Source: an uncultured Acidimicrobiia bacterium (GTDB lineage: Bacteria > Actinomycetota > Acidimicrobiia > Acidimicrobiales > AC-14). Taken from it: a DNA stretch of 64,000 nt. The translations under genes were made by a program, and so were the position numbers. Below are positions 54,463 to 63,840 of the stretch, one piece after another (the stretch's first letter is position 1; every line of letters starts with the position of its first letter). Location: the NCBI GenBank assembly GCA_963790325.1, contig CAWBNY010000004.1, positions 4,210-68,209 on the forward strand. Reading direction: 5' to 3'. The notes under the pieces were generated by a model, which had not been told where the DNA came from, ran no database searches, and saw only the letters and a list, made by a program, of their open reading frames with translations.

Positions 54463-54708
54463 ATGCTTACGGTGCCAGAGGCGGCGCGGCGGGCGCTGCG
54501 CGACCCCGAGACCGTCCGCCGGTGGATCCGGTCGGGCAAGCTCCGGGCGTCGAAGGTGGGTACCCAGCACGTCATCGACGAGGCCGACCTCGACGCCTTC
54601 CTCACCGACACGTCGGTCCCGGTCCCCGACCGCTGGCAGCACTTCGACTCGGGTCGTCCCCAGCCGGACTGGGCGTCGGCCGTCGCCCGCTCTCGCCAGG
54701 AGCGCTGA
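54463..54708 (+). CDS. excisionase/MerR-type HTH antitoxin candidate
   Basis: The HTH is MLTVPEAARRALRDPETVRRWIRSGKLRASKVG. It lies directly upstream of the PIN gene. Confidence 0.65.
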   Translation: MLTVPEAARRALRDPETVRRWIRSGKLRASKVGTQHVIDEADLDAFLTDTSVPVPDRWQHFDSGRPQPDWASAVARSRQER

Positions 54709-55104
54709 GTGCTCGTCGTGGATGCGTCGGTGGCGCTCCACGCCTGCGGGGTCGAGGCAGGGTTCGACGTCCTCGGCGACCAGGACCTCGTGGCGCCGCC
54801 CATCATGTGGTCGGAGGCCCGGTCGGCGCTGCACGAGCTGCTGTGGCGGGGTGAGGTCTCGCCCGACGATGTCGACGCCACCCGGGCGCGTCTCGAAGCG
54901 TGCCCCGTCACCAGCCGGTCACCTGCCAACCTCGGACCCGAAGCGTGGCGGCTGGCCGACGAGCTCGGCTGGGCGAAGACGTACGACGCCGAGTACGTCG
55001 CCCTCGGGCTCATCCTCGGATGCCGGGTGGTCACCCTCGACGGCCGCTTCCGCCGGGGAGCCGACCGCCTCGGGTTCGTCGTCGCCCCCCACGAACTGAC
55101 GTAG
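54709..55104 (+). CDS. vapC: PIN-domain toxin (VapC-like)
   Basis: LVVDASVAL (the first acidic residue) and TYDAEYVALG are present. The GTG start immediately follows the antitoxin stop. Confidence 0.75.
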   Translation: MLVVDASVALHACGVEAGFDVLGDQDLVAPPIMWSEARSALHELLWRGEVSPDDVDATRARLEACPVTSRSPANLGPEAWRLADELGWAKTYDAEYVALGLILGCRVVTLDGRFRRGADRLGFVVAPHELT

Positions 55105-55291
55105 TCCGCGATCACCACCCCGGGTCCCCGATGATGGGGGCGTCCGCTCGGAGGTTGGCGATCGCCTCGGCCAGCGAGCCCGACCGCGCCGAGCAACGAG
55201 GCGATCAGTGGTCGTGTCACCGAGCGACGAGGTTCAAGTGGATGCCGGCGTCCCGCCGACTGAACAGTGGTTGACGAATGACCCGATGAAC

Positions 55292-55495
55292 CTACGCCCG
55301 CGCCCCGTCAGGGGTGCGGAGGTGGCGCAGCGCCCGATCGAAGCCGACGAGCACCCGCTCCAGCTCGTCGGCCTGCTCGGCGGACTGGGCGGCCAGGGCG
55401 GCCGCCGCCATGCGGGCACCGGCCACCAGCGCGGCCAGCTCCTCCACCTTGAGCGTGGCCCGGACGACCCCGGGCCGATCCCAGTCCAGGGTCAT
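55292..55495 (-). CDS. small hypothetical protein (67 aa)
   Basis: The ATG lies 1 nt after the stop of the upstream AhpD-like gene. The protein is predicted helical and Ala/Leu-rich. Confidence 0.4.
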   Translation of the reverse strand: MTLDWDRPGVVRATLKVEELAALVAGARMAAAALAAQSAEQADELERVLVGFDRALRHLRTPDGARA

Positions 55496-55496
55496 C

Positions 55497-55883
55497 TCAG
55501 GCGGCCGTGGCCTTGACGTGGTCGACGACCCGGTCGACCTGGGCCTTGAACTCGTCGTAGTCGACCTGCATCCCGTTGAGGTAGGTGCTCCATCCGCTGA
55601 CCAGCTTGGTGTAGTGCATGGCCTCCTCGACCTCGTCGTCGGTCGCACCGAACAGCTTGGCCGACTCGGTGTGGAAGAGAACGCAGTAGCGGCACCGGGT
55701 GACCGCGGCCACCGCCAGGCCGATCAGCTCCTTGAACTTGTTCGGGATGAGCGTCTCGCCGAACTGGACCCGCTTGATGAGGTCCCATTCCGCGTCGATG
55801 AACTGGTCGGGGATCAGGTCCACGAACCCGATCACCTCGCCGAACATCTCCTTCATCTCCCGCTGCACGTCGGTGCGCGCCAT
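55497..55883 (-). CDS. carboxymuconolactone decarboxylase (AhpD-like) family protein
   Basis: KELIGLAVAAVTRCRYCVLFH contains the CxxC motif of the AhpD/CMD fold. Confidence 0.85.
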   Translation of the reverse strand: MARTDVQREMKEMFGEVIGFVDLIPDQFIDAEWDLIKRVQFGETLIPNKFKELIGLAVAAVTRCRYCVLFHTESAKLFGATDDEVEEAMHYTKLVSGWSTYLNGMQVDYDEFKAQVDRVVDHVKATAA

Positions 55884-56017
55884 CTCGTTCCTCCTGTCGT
55901 TCGGGCCCCGAATCGAGCCGTTGCCGGCAACCTAGGAACGACGGGCTGCAGAACGCCTGCACCGGATGCCCGCTCGACTGCAGGCCGGCTGCAGGACCGG
56001 CGGTCCACGATCGCCCC

Positions 56018-56440
56018 ATGACCACGATCGACGGCCCCCGGACGCTCGGCCTCGCCCCCACCGTCGACAGCTTCCTCGAGGCCGTCTCCGGTGGGGCCGG
56101 CGTCCCCGCGAGCCTGTTCACGCCCGACGCCGTCCTCGACGCCACCGTCCCCGGCTGGCGCTTCGGCCGGCGGGGGGCCGACGACGTCGCCCGCCAGTAC
56201 AGCGGCTGGTTCGCCGACCCGGCCGCCTTCGAGGAGCTGGAACGGCTCGCCTTCGACGGCGGTGAGGCCGTCACCTTCCTCCTGACCTGGCTCGAGCGGG
56301 GCGTTCCCCACGCCGCCCACCACTGCCACCTGCTGCGCCTGGCGCCCGACGGTCGCATCGCCGCCGACCGGTGCTTCTGCGGAGGTCGATGGGACGCCGG
56401 CCTCCTGGCCGAGATGGCCGCCGCAGGCGATGCTGGTTGA
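56018..56440 (+). CDS. SnoaL/NTF2-like fold protein (tentative)
   Basis: The call rests on size and an alpha+beta pattern. It overlaps the next gene by 11 nt. Confidence 0.5.
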   Translation: MTTIDGPRTLGLAPTVDSFLEAVSGGAGVPASLFTPDAVLDATVPGWRFGRRGADDVARQYSGWFADPAAFEELERLAFDGGEAVTFLLTWLERGVPHAAHHCHLLRLAPDGRIAADRCFCGGRWDAGLLAEMAAAGDAG

Positions 56441-57446
56441 CGTGGCCCGACTCGCCCGTTCGGTCGACGAGCTCCTCGCCCACGTCGAGCGCCGGGAGCA
56501 GTTCGTCAACCCGGACGGACGGTCGGCGGCCGCCTTCGAGCGGGTCTGGATCGAGGGCGATCCCCATGTGGTGAAGTACGTCCACCTCGACCACGACTTC
56601 ACCATGCGGGTGTCGGGCGACGTCGGCTGCCGGCCGGTGCGGGCGTGGGCGGCGGGACTCCTCGACTCGGCGCCCGCCCTCGTCGACCACGCCATCGTGG
56701 GGGCCGCCCTCGGGCACGGACGCAACGGCTGGGGCGCGGCGCTTCTCATGCGGGACGTGTCCGGCGACCTCCTCCCCGGCGGCGACGGCCCGATCCCGGC
56801 CGACCGGCACGCCACCTACATCGACCACCTGGCCGGGTTCTGCGCCTCCACCTGGGATTGGCACGACGACCCGGGGTCCGGTCCGGGCCTGTTGCCCTAC
56901 GCCGCCCGGTGGGCGTGGTTCGGCCACGCCGCCCTCGACGGCGAGCGGGCGCTGGGCTGGCCGGAACGGGTCCCCCGGATCGCGGACGACGGCTGGCGCC
57001 AGTTCGGCGAGCAGGCCCCGGCCGGGCTCGCCCGGCTGGTCGACGACCTCCGCCGGGATCCCACCCCGCTGGCGACCGCCCTGCGCCGGACCCCTTCGTG
57101 CTTCCTCCACGGAGACGTGAAGGCGTCCAACTCGGGCGCCGCGGCCGACGGCCGCACCGTCCTCATCGACTGGGCCTACGTCGGCGAGGGACCGGCGTGT
57201 CACGAGCTGACCTGGCATCTGGCCCTCGACCGGTCCCGGCTCCCGATCACCAAGGAAGCCACCATCGACCTCTTCCGCGCCGCCCTCGAGGGCCACGGGG
57301 TGGCCACCGACGGCTGGTGGGACCGCCAGCTCGGCCTGTGCCTGCTCGGCGGGGTCGTGCAGTTCGGCTGGGAGAAGGCGCTGGGTGACGACGACGAGCT
57401 CGCCTGGTGGTGCCGCGCCGCCGAAGCCGGTGCCGCCTGGCTGTGA
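56430..57446 (+). CDS. aminoglycoside/choline kinase-like phosphotransferase family protein
   Basis: The Brenner/APH motif is FLHGDVKASN....VLIDWAY. Confidence 0.8.
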   Translation: MLVDVARLARSVDELLAHVERREQFVNPDGRSAAAFERVWIEGDPHVVKYVHLDHDFTMRVSGDVGCRPVRAWAAGLLDSAPALVDHAIVGAALGHGRNGWGAALLMRDVSGDLLPGGDGPIPADRHATYIDHLAGFCASTWDWHDDPGSGPGLLPYAARWAWFGHAALDGERALGWPERVPRIADDGWRQFGEQAPAGLARLVDDLRRDPTPLATALRRTPSCFLHGDVKASNSGAAADGRTVLIDWAYVGEGPACHELTWHLALDRSRLPITKEATIDLFRAALEGHGVATDGWWDRQLGLCLLGGVVQFGWEKALGDDDELAWWCRAAEAGAAWL

Positions 57447-58231
57447 TCGACGGCCTCACCACCGCCTACTCGGCGACGGGCGCCGCCTGGCAGCGGGGGC
57501 CGGGCCCCGTCTACGACCGCCTGGCCGAGGTGATTCTCGCCCGCTCCCCGGTGCCGATCGCCGGCGGCCGGATCCTCGACGTCGGCGCCGGCACCGGGGC
57601 CGCGTCCCGGGCGGCCCTGGCCGCCGGCGCGGCGGCCGTGATCGCGGTCGACCGGGCCGTCGGGATGCTCCGCCACGACGCGCCCCGGCGGCCGCCCGCG
57701 GTGGCCGGCGACGCCCTCGCCCTCCCGTTCCCGGCCGCCACCTTCGACGGGGCCGTGGCCGCCTTCTCCCTCAACCACCTCGACGATCCCGCCGGGGGCC
57801 TGCAGGAGATGGCCCGCGTCACCCGCCCCGGCGGCGCTCTGGTGATGGCCAGCTACGCCGCCGACGACACCCACCCGGTGAAGGCGGCGGTGGAGGCCGC
57901 CCTCGTCGCCCACGGCTGGAGAGCGGAGCCGTGGTACGTCACCATCCAGGCCACGACCGCCCGCCTGCTCGCCACCGTCGACGCCTGCGCCGCGGCCGCG
58001 GCCGCGGCCGGGCTCGAGGCGGTCGTCGAGCCGGTGCGGGTGCCCTTTCCGGAGCTGGACGCCGGCGACCTGGTCGCCTGGCGGCTGGGAATGGCCCAGC
58101 ATGCGCCGTTCCTGAGCCGCCTCCCGCCCGGCCAGCAGGGCGCGGTGGTCGCCGACGCCATCAGTCGGCTGGGCGACGACATAGAGCCGCTCGAGCGGTC
58201 GATCCTCGTGGTGACCGGGGTCAGCCCCTGA
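57443..58231 (+). CDS. class I SAM-dependent methyltransferase
   Basis: Motif I is ILDVGAGTGA, followed by LPFPAATFD and RPGGALV. The GTGA overlap couples it to the upstream gene. Confidence 0.85.
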   Translation: MIDGLTTAYSATGAAWQRGPGPVYDRLAEVILARSPVPIAGGRILDVGAGTGAASRAALAAGAAAVIAVDRAVGMLRHDAPRRPPAVAGDALALPFPAATFDGAVAAFSLNHLDDPAGGLQEMARVTRPGGALVMASYAADDTHPVKAAVEAALVAHGWRAEPWYVTIQATTARLLATVDACAAAAAAAGLEAVVEPVRVPFPELDAGDLVAWRLGMAQHAPFLSRLPPGQQGAVVADAISRLGDDIEPLERSILVVTGVSP

Positions 58232-61200
58232 GGACGCGCTCGACGAAACGGCGGCCGACGTCGCCGCCATCGCCGGCGACCACCACCGTCCCCCCCCAGC
58301 GCTCGGCCTGGCGCCGCCACCGCTCCGACCGGCGCTGCGTCGCCAACGCCGCCACCAGCGGCCAGCCGTCCAGCACCGCGCACCGCCCGAGCCCGTCGAC
58401 GACCGCCGCCAGCTCCTCGTCCGGAACCGACCGGTCGGCCAGCCCGGCGACGGCCCGGGCCAGCAGCTCGTAGCGGGCCGCGCCCCGCTGGGCGGCGTCG
58501 CCGGCGACGGCACGGGCCAGCTCGGCCGCGGCGGGCAGGTCGTCGGCCGCGATCGCCAGCCGGGCCCGCAGCAGGCCGAGCCGATGGCGCTGGTGCCAGG
58601 CCATGGTCCCGTCCCACGTGTCGACCGGCGCCAGCCGGCCGGCCAGCACCGCCGCCCCTGCCGGGTCGTCCCGCAGGAGGCAGCCGTCGGCCAGGTCGAG
58701 CAGGGCCACGTAGTAGCCCTCGGCCATGGCCTCGCCGGAGGGGCCGGCGTCGCCTCCGGCGGCCTCGACCGCCCGCCAGTTGTGGTCGTCGGCTTCCTCC
58801 ACCCGACCGGTCCAACGCCGGAGCCAGGCCCGGGAGTTGGCCGCCGGCCCGGCGAAGCGCGCCCCCATGGAGCCAGCCCGCTCGACGGCGGCATCGAGGT
58901 CGTCCGCCGCGCCGAGGGCCTCGGCCACCCGCCCGAGCTGGCCGAAGGCGAGGATGCGGCTGAACCGCAGATGGAGATGGGCCCACGGGTGGGCCAGCGA
59001 GTCGGGGTCGACCATGGGCCGGGCCAGGGTCTCGAGGGCTTCGGCCGGCCGGCCCTGATGGACCCGGGCCTGAGCCAGCCACACGTCGGCGAGGCCGCGC
59101 ACCGCCGGTGGGCCGCCGCGCACCGCGGTCAGGTGCTCGACCGCACCGGGGAGGTCACCCGCCCCGTGGCGGACCCGCCCGGCCAGGGCGAGGGCGCTGA
59201 CCAGCACCGCATCGTCGGCCGCCCGGGCCGCGGCGGCGTCGGCGTAGGCCCGGGCGTCGTCGTAGCGGCGCCGGTAGTAGGCGACCCATCCGGCCACCTC
59301 GAGGGCGGCGGCGCCCCCGCCCAGGGCGATGGCCCGCTCCGCGTCCGCCGCCGCGTCGTCGTAGGCGACCCGGCTCATGCGCAGCCGGGCCCGGACCACC
59401 AACGCGTCGGCGGTCGCCACCTGGTCGAGGGCTGCCTCCAGGTGCTCCTCGGCCGCATCCACGTCGAAGCGCCCGGCCGCCGCCAGCGCCGCCGCCACGA
59501 AGGAGGAGGAGGCCAGGGCTCGGTCGCCTCCCGCCCGGGCGTGGACGGCCACCGCCAGCGAGTCCGGATCGGGCCGGGCGGCGAGCTTCCGCGCCGCCAC
59601 CTGGTGGACGAGGGCCCGGCGGGCGGCACCGGTCGCCGTCTCCAGCGCCTCCCGCAACAGCTGATGGCGAAAGGCGAAGCCGTTCCCCCACTCCACGAGG
59701 AGGCCGGCCCGGGCCGCCGCCTCGAGGTGGGCGAGCACGTCGACCACGGGCGTCGCCGCCACCTGGGCGAGCAGCTCGAGGTCGCACTCGGGGCCGAGCA
59801 CGGCGGCCACCCGCAGGGTGGCGGCCACGTCCTGCCCCAGCCCGTCGACCCGGGACGCCACCGCTTCCCGCAGCGTGGCCGGGACCTCCTCGTCCACCGC
59901 GCCCGCCAGCGCCGCCAGCAGGAGCGGGTGACCGCCGCTGCGCTCGTAGAGCGACCCCGCCCGCTCGGCCCCGACCAGCTCGGCGACCGCGACCCGGTCC
60001 AGCGGACCCAACCTGATCGTGTTCGTCGCCTCGAGGTCCTTGGCCCCGCCGGGCCGGGTGGTGACGACCAACAGGGTGCGCCGGCAACGCCGGCCGGCGA
60101 AGGCGAGCCACGCCCGCGTCCCCCCGCCGGCCCCGTGGAGGTCCTCGATCACGACCACCACCGGACGGCCATCGCCGGCCCGGGAGACGGCTGCCGCCAG
60201 CGCCGCGAACACCCGCAGACGGGACGCGGCCGGGTCGGCGACCAGGGTCGCAGTGGCGGTGGTGCCCGAGATCGGCCCCAGCAGGGGCGCCAGGGTGGCG
60301 GCGTCGTCGCCGACGAGGGCCGCCGCCCGTTCGGCGCCGATGTCCAGGAGGTGGTCGGCGAGCGCATCCGCCACCGGCTGCAGCGGGAGGTCGCGGCCGA
60401 GCTCGTCGCACCGACCCTGGAGCACGACCGCGTCCGGGCCGATCGAGTCGCACCAACTCCGGACGAGCGTGGTCTTGCCCATCCCGGCCTCGCCCTCCAC
60501 CACGACCAGGCCCACCCCGCCTCCCGCCACCGAGGCGAGGGCGGCGTCGAGCCTCGCCAGCTCCGACGCCCGCCCGACCAGTCCCGCCGGCCCGGCGCGA
60601 GGCGGGGGAGGCGCGGAAGCGAGGTCGCCGTCCGCGGCCGCCAGCGCCTCGGCGTACAGGGCTTCCGTTCCGGACGTCGGTGGGACACCGAGGTCCTCGG
60701 CCAGTCGCTTCCTCACCCGGCTGTAGGCGGCCAGCGCCGATGCCGGCCGACCGGCAGCCAGATGCGACCGCATGAGCGCCCGGAGGACGGCCTCGTCGTA
60801 GGGATCTCGGGCCAACGACTGCTCGGCCAGGGCGGCGGCCGCCCCGTGGTCGCCCGCGGCGGCGGCGGCGTCGACCGCCAGCCGCTCGACCCCCGCCAGC
60901 GCGGCGCCGGCCGCCATTCGCTCGGCCTCGACCCACTCGCCCTCGTCGTCGGGCAGCAGCGGACCCCGCGCCAGGGCCAGGGCGGCGCCGGCTGCGGCCC
61001 GCGCCGCCCCGATCCGACCCTCGGCCAGGGCGGTCGACGCGGTCGCGGCCAGTTCCGAGAGCTCGTCGACGTCCAGCCAGTCGGTCGCCAGCAGGTAGCC
61101 GGAGTCCCGGCGGAGGATCCGGTCCGCGCCCAGGACGCGGCGTAGTCGGGACACGAGCACACCGACCTGGTCGGCCGGACGGGACGGTTGGGCGTCGCCC

Positions 61201-61346
61201 CAGAGAGCGTCGGCGATCCGGTCCACCGACACCGGCTTGCCGCGAGCGACCGCCAGGACCTTCAACAGCACCCGCCCCTTGCGACTGCCGAGATCGTGTT
61301 CGTGCCTGCCCTCGATCTCGAACCCCCCGAGCAGGCGGACACGCAT
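58221..61346 (-). CDS. SARP/AfsR-like regulator: winged-helix + BTAD + P-loop NTPase + TPR (paralogue of 36814-40008)
   Basis: The N-terminus MRVRLLGGFEI is followed by a BTAD region (LRALMRSHLAAGRPASALAAYSRVRKRLAEDLGV.P), a P-loop (GEAGMGKTT) and a TPR-like tail. The sequence upstream of the ATG at 61346 in the ORF track is read-through into the tRNA fragment. Confidence 0.85.
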   Translation of the reverse strand: MRVRLLGGFEIEGRHEHDLGSRKGRVLLKVLAVARGKPVSVDRIADALWGDAQPSRPADQVGVLVSRLRRVLGADRILRRDSGYLLATDWLDVDELSELAATASTALAEGRIGAARAAAGAALALARGPLLPDDEGEWVEAERMAAGAALAGVERLAVDAAAAAGDHGAAAALAEQSLARDPYDEAVLRALMRSHLAAGRPASALAAYSRVRKRLAEDLGVPPTSGTEALYAEALAAADGDLASAPPPPRAGPAGLVGRASELARLDAALASVAGGGVGLVVVEGEAGMGKTTLVRSWCDSIGPDAVVLQGRCDELGRDLPLQPVADALADHLLDIGAERAAALVGDDAATLAPLLGPISGTTATATLVADPAASRLRVFAALAAAVSRAGDGRPVVVVIEDLHGAGGGTRAWLAFAGRRCRRTLLVVTTRPGGAKDLEATNTIRLGPLDRVAVAELVGAERAGSLYERSGGHPLLLAALAGAVDEEVPATLREAVASRVDGLGQDVAATLRVAAVLGPECDLELLAQVAATPVVDVLAHLEAAARAGLLVEWGNGFAFRHQLLREALETATGAARRALVHQVAARKLAARPDPDSLAVAVHARAGGDRALASSSFVAAALAAAGRFDVDAAEEHLEAALDQVATADALVVRARLRMSRVAYDDAAADAERAIALGGGAAALEVAGWVAYYRRRYDDARAYADAAAARAADDAVLVSALALAGRVRHGAGDLPGAVEHLTAVRGGPPAVRGLADVWLAQARVHQGRPAEALETLARPMVDPDSLAHPWAHLHLRFSRILAFGQLGRVAEALGAADDLDAAVERAGSMGARFAGPAANSRAWLRRWTGRVEEADDHNWRAVEAAGGDAGPSGEAMAEGYYVALLDLADGCLLRDDPAGAAVLAGRLAPVDTWDGTMAWHQRHRLGLLRARLAIAADDLPAAAELARAVAGDAAQRGAARYELLARAVAGLADRSVPDEELAAVVDGLGRCAVLDGWPLVAALATQRRSERWRRQAERWGGTVVVAGDGGDVGRRFVERVLRG

Positions 61347-61600
61347 GGCGCCATTCTCCGCCACCCTTGCCGCCGACGCGGCGACCCCGCCCCCCGATGT
61401 GCTCGATGTGCTCCAGCCTGGCGTCGAGCAGCCCGGCACCGTGACCTCTTCGGTAGAGCGAGGCCGCAGTGATCCCGGGTGACGAGCGCGACCGAGGCGT
61501 TCTGCGCCTTCGCTTGCTCCCTCGAACCCTTGGGTCCGGTGTTGCTCAGCCCCGTGACGGCGTCGGTACCCCGAACACCCCCAGCCGGTCGAGTTGCTTG

Positions 61601-61645
61601 TGGTGCCCCCGGCAGGATTCGAACCTGCGACACACGGTTTAGGAA
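61601..61645 (-). other. 3' fragment of a tRNA-Arg(CCU)-like gene (anticodon loop to CCA), att-site-like
   Basis: The minus strand reads ttCCTaa-accgt-gtgtc-GCAGGTTCGAATCCTGC-cgggggc-a-cca. Anticodon loop, 3' anticodon stem, variable loop, T-arm, 3' acceptor strand and CCA are all present. The 5' acceptor, D-arm and 5' anticodon stem are absent. Confidence 0.8.
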
Positions 61646-61795
61646 TTGGGCCAAATTGGGGCTTATTTAGGCTAATTCGGTGCCTGTCGGACGGATAATA
61701 GCAGGTGATAGCCCTACGCATCGGAAATAGCGAGTCCGTGTTGACCCGTTCAGAACCAATGCAAACTGGCCGATACCGGGGCGTCCGGGGGCGAA

Positions 61796-61818
61796 AGATG
61801 GCCCACTGGATGGCCCAC
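61796..61818 (+). repeat. tandem direct repeat GATGGCCCACT x2 (12-bp period)
   Basis: The two copies are at 61796-61806 and 61808-61818, in the non-coding leader of the element. Confidence 0.9.
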
Positions 61819-61998
61819 TTTCTACCGTCCCTGAGGTCCGCCCGGCACGTCTCGGCGGCTGCGTCGCCGGCGGGGCTTCTGGAGCGCTACGGCGTCGCCG
61901 TCCGGCCCACGCAGCGAGGCAGATGGTCAACCCGGTTGGATTGGCATCGTTCCCCGACTCCTCTGCTATCCTGACAGGAGGTATCAGGAGGTTCGCCA

Positions 61999-62586
61999 AT
62001 GGCCATGCCGCTGCACGAGGTTCTCGAGCGCAGGTTCGGGGTTGACGAGGACGACTTCACTGCCGCATTGGTGGACTTCGCCGACCGTGCCGGGCCGTTG
62101 GCGCTCGTCGAGCTCAACCCGAAGGACTACTTCGGCGCGGGTCAGCTGTCGGCTCTCCGCAAGCTCGGCGCGTCCCTCGACCCTCTTCGAGCGGATGACC
62201 TCGGCCCGGTCGCCGGCTTTGCTGCGGCACACGCCGAGCTGGTGGCTCACTCGCTCTCGGTCGCAGAAACGGCCAAGCGTCTCGGTGTCGACACGAGTCG
62301 CGTCCGGCAGCGGATCTACGCCCGATCGCTCTATGCCTTCAAGTACCAGGGCGGCTGGCTGATCCCGGCGTTCCAGCTTCGGCAGCGGAAGCTGCTCTCC
62401 GGGCTCAACGCCGTCGTGTCGGCCCTGGCTCCCCTGCTTCCGCCAGTCGTCGTCAGCCGGTGGTTCACGACGCCGAACGCCGACCTCGTGGTCGATGACG
62501 CGCCGGTCTCGCCGATCGAGTGGCTCGAAGCCGGCGGCCCGTCAGAGACCGTCACCGCGCTCGCAGAGGCGATCGACCAGCTGTAG
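61999..62586 (+). CDS. Xre/ParS/MbcA-type antitoxin (HTH + C-terminal toxin-binding DUF2384-like domain)
   Basis: The HTH is LSVAETAKRLGVDTSRVRQRIYA. The C-terminal WFTTPNADL...SPIEWLEAGG....V follows the DUF2384 pattern. A doubled CAGGAGG lies upstream. Confidence 0.75.
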   Translation: MAMPLHEVLERRFGVDEDDFTAALVDFADRAGPLALVELNPKDYFGAGQLSALRKLGASLDPLRADDLGPVAGFAAAHAELVAHSLSVAETAKRLGVDTSRVRQRIYARSLYAFKYQGGWLIPAFQLRQRKLLSGLNAVVSALAPLLPPVVVSRWFTTPNADLVVDDAPVSPIEWLEAGGPSETVTALAEAIDQL

Positions 62587-63204
62587 TGGCCAAGTTCCCG
62601 GGGCCGCCCTCGGTCGACGACCTGCGGGCGGTTCGACCGGAGATCCACACCCTGCGCTCGGGAACGACGGTCGCTCGCATCTATGCCAAAAGCGGCCGGT
62701 ATCCGGCGGCCTGGGACGACTTCCGCTTCGTCGGTCCAGTTCCGACCGCGCGCTTCGACCACCACGCCGATGGCGAACAACGCGGGGTCCTCTACGGCGC
62801 GCTCTCGCTCACCACCTGTGTGGCCGAGGTGTTCCAAAGCACCCGGGTCGTCGATCGATCAACCGACGACCGCTGCCTGGCCGCCCTTCGCCTCGCCCGG
62901 GCGGTCCGTCTCCTCGACCTCGCTGGCGAATGGCCGACGCGCGCTGGTGCGAGCCAGGCGATCAGCGTCGGGCCCTCGCACCAGGGCGCAGGCATGGGCG
63001 CGCACCATCTACGAGGCCCATCCGGGAATCGAGGGGCTCTGGTACCCCTCTTCGATGCACGGCGGCCATACCGCCGTCGTTCTGTTCGAGCGCGCCGCCG
63101 ACGCCCTGCCTGCCGATCCCGACATCGACGTCCCGCTGTCGCATCCCGGCCTGCTGCCGGACCTCGTCCGTGCCGCCGACGCGCTCGGCTACCTCATCCG
63201 GTGA
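62586..63204 (+). pseudogene. RES-domain toxin, interrupted by a frameshift near 62950-62990
   Basis: Frame A carries the R and E motifs (ARFDHH...LYGALSLTTCVAEVF). Frame B carries QAWARTIYEAHPGIEGLWYPSSMHGG (the S motif) through to the stop at 63204. The start overlaps the antitoxin stop. Confidence 0.75.
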
Positions 63205-63220
63205 GAACCAGCGGCGCCCG

Positions 63221-63242
63221 GCCTGAGTTGGCCGTCTCAGGC
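63221..63242. terminator. hairpin between convergent genes
   Basis: A 7-bp stem GCCTGAG/CTCAGGC flanks an 8-nt loop. Confidence 0.25.
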
Positions 63243-63459
63243 GGGGGCCGGTTTGGGGATGAGCGAACAGCGGCACGACTGGGCGTGCGAACCCGAACCC
63301 GACCTCCCGCGATAGATGGCGACGATGGGCTGTACGTGGATCTCACTCGCTGGAGCGGCCGTGCGGACGACCCGTTCGATCACCTCCGCCTCGCGCCGCG
63401 CCTGGTCGACGACGGCATCCATCGCCCGCCGCGTGCCTGCGCCCTTGGCAGGATCGACC

Positions 63460-63840
63460 TCATGGACGTTCCGCCTCCAGGTGCCTGTTCGCGGCAGCAG
63501 CGAGCGCCTTGAGATCCCCGGGGTCGGAGCTGATCACGAGGTCGCGGCGACGCAGCGCCCCTTCGGTGACGCAGGCGTCGACGACGTCGGTCGTTCCGGC
63601 CTTCGCTGCCAGCGCGCCCGTTGCCCGGGCAAGTCCGTCGTCGAGCGCCTCGATGTCGCAGCCTCGCAGGAGCCGGGCCAACAAAGCCTGCCGCCCGCCT
63701 CCCCGCCACGCCTGAGCGACCACGGGAGCGGGTGCGGTCGGAGGGATCCGAGCTGTCAGCAGCGCTCGGTGACGGGCCCAGATCCTGCGCTCGCCGCGAT
63801 CGGCGGCGACGAGCGCACCGGTGTCGTAGGTGACGCCCAT
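63460..63840 (-). CDS. vapC: PIN-domain toxin (VapC-like)
   Basis: Contains MGVTYDTGALVAADRGE and DVVDACV..GA......V.SSDPGDL. The ATG at 63840 overlaps the upstream stop. Confidence 0.8.
   Translation of the reverse strand: MGVTYDTGALVAADRGERRIWARHRALLTARIPPTAPAPVVAQAWRGGGRQALLARLLRGCDIEALDDGLARATGALAAKAGTTDVVDACVTEGALRRRDLVISSDPGDLKALAAAANRHLEAERP

Noticed and set aside
55105-55220. A minus-strand mini-ORF (VTRPLIASLLGAVG... / ...SLAEAIANLRADAPIIGDPGW).
   Set aside because: It needs a frameshift to read sensibly and is under 40 codons. It is likely debris, and no family was recognised.
61560-61700. A complete tRNA gene.
   Set aside because: Only the anticodon loop, 3' anticodon stem, variable loop, T-arm, 3' acceptor strand and CCA are present. 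The sequence 5' of the loop (cccaa) cannot pair with accgt. No D-arm or matching 5' acceptor strand (GCCCCCG) exists.
63237-63422. A 61-aa minus-strand ORF downstream of vapC.
   Set aside because: There is no recognisable motif and no convincing ribosome-binding site. The C-terminus is low-complexity (GRSGSGSHAQSCRCS). There is not enough support to call a gene.
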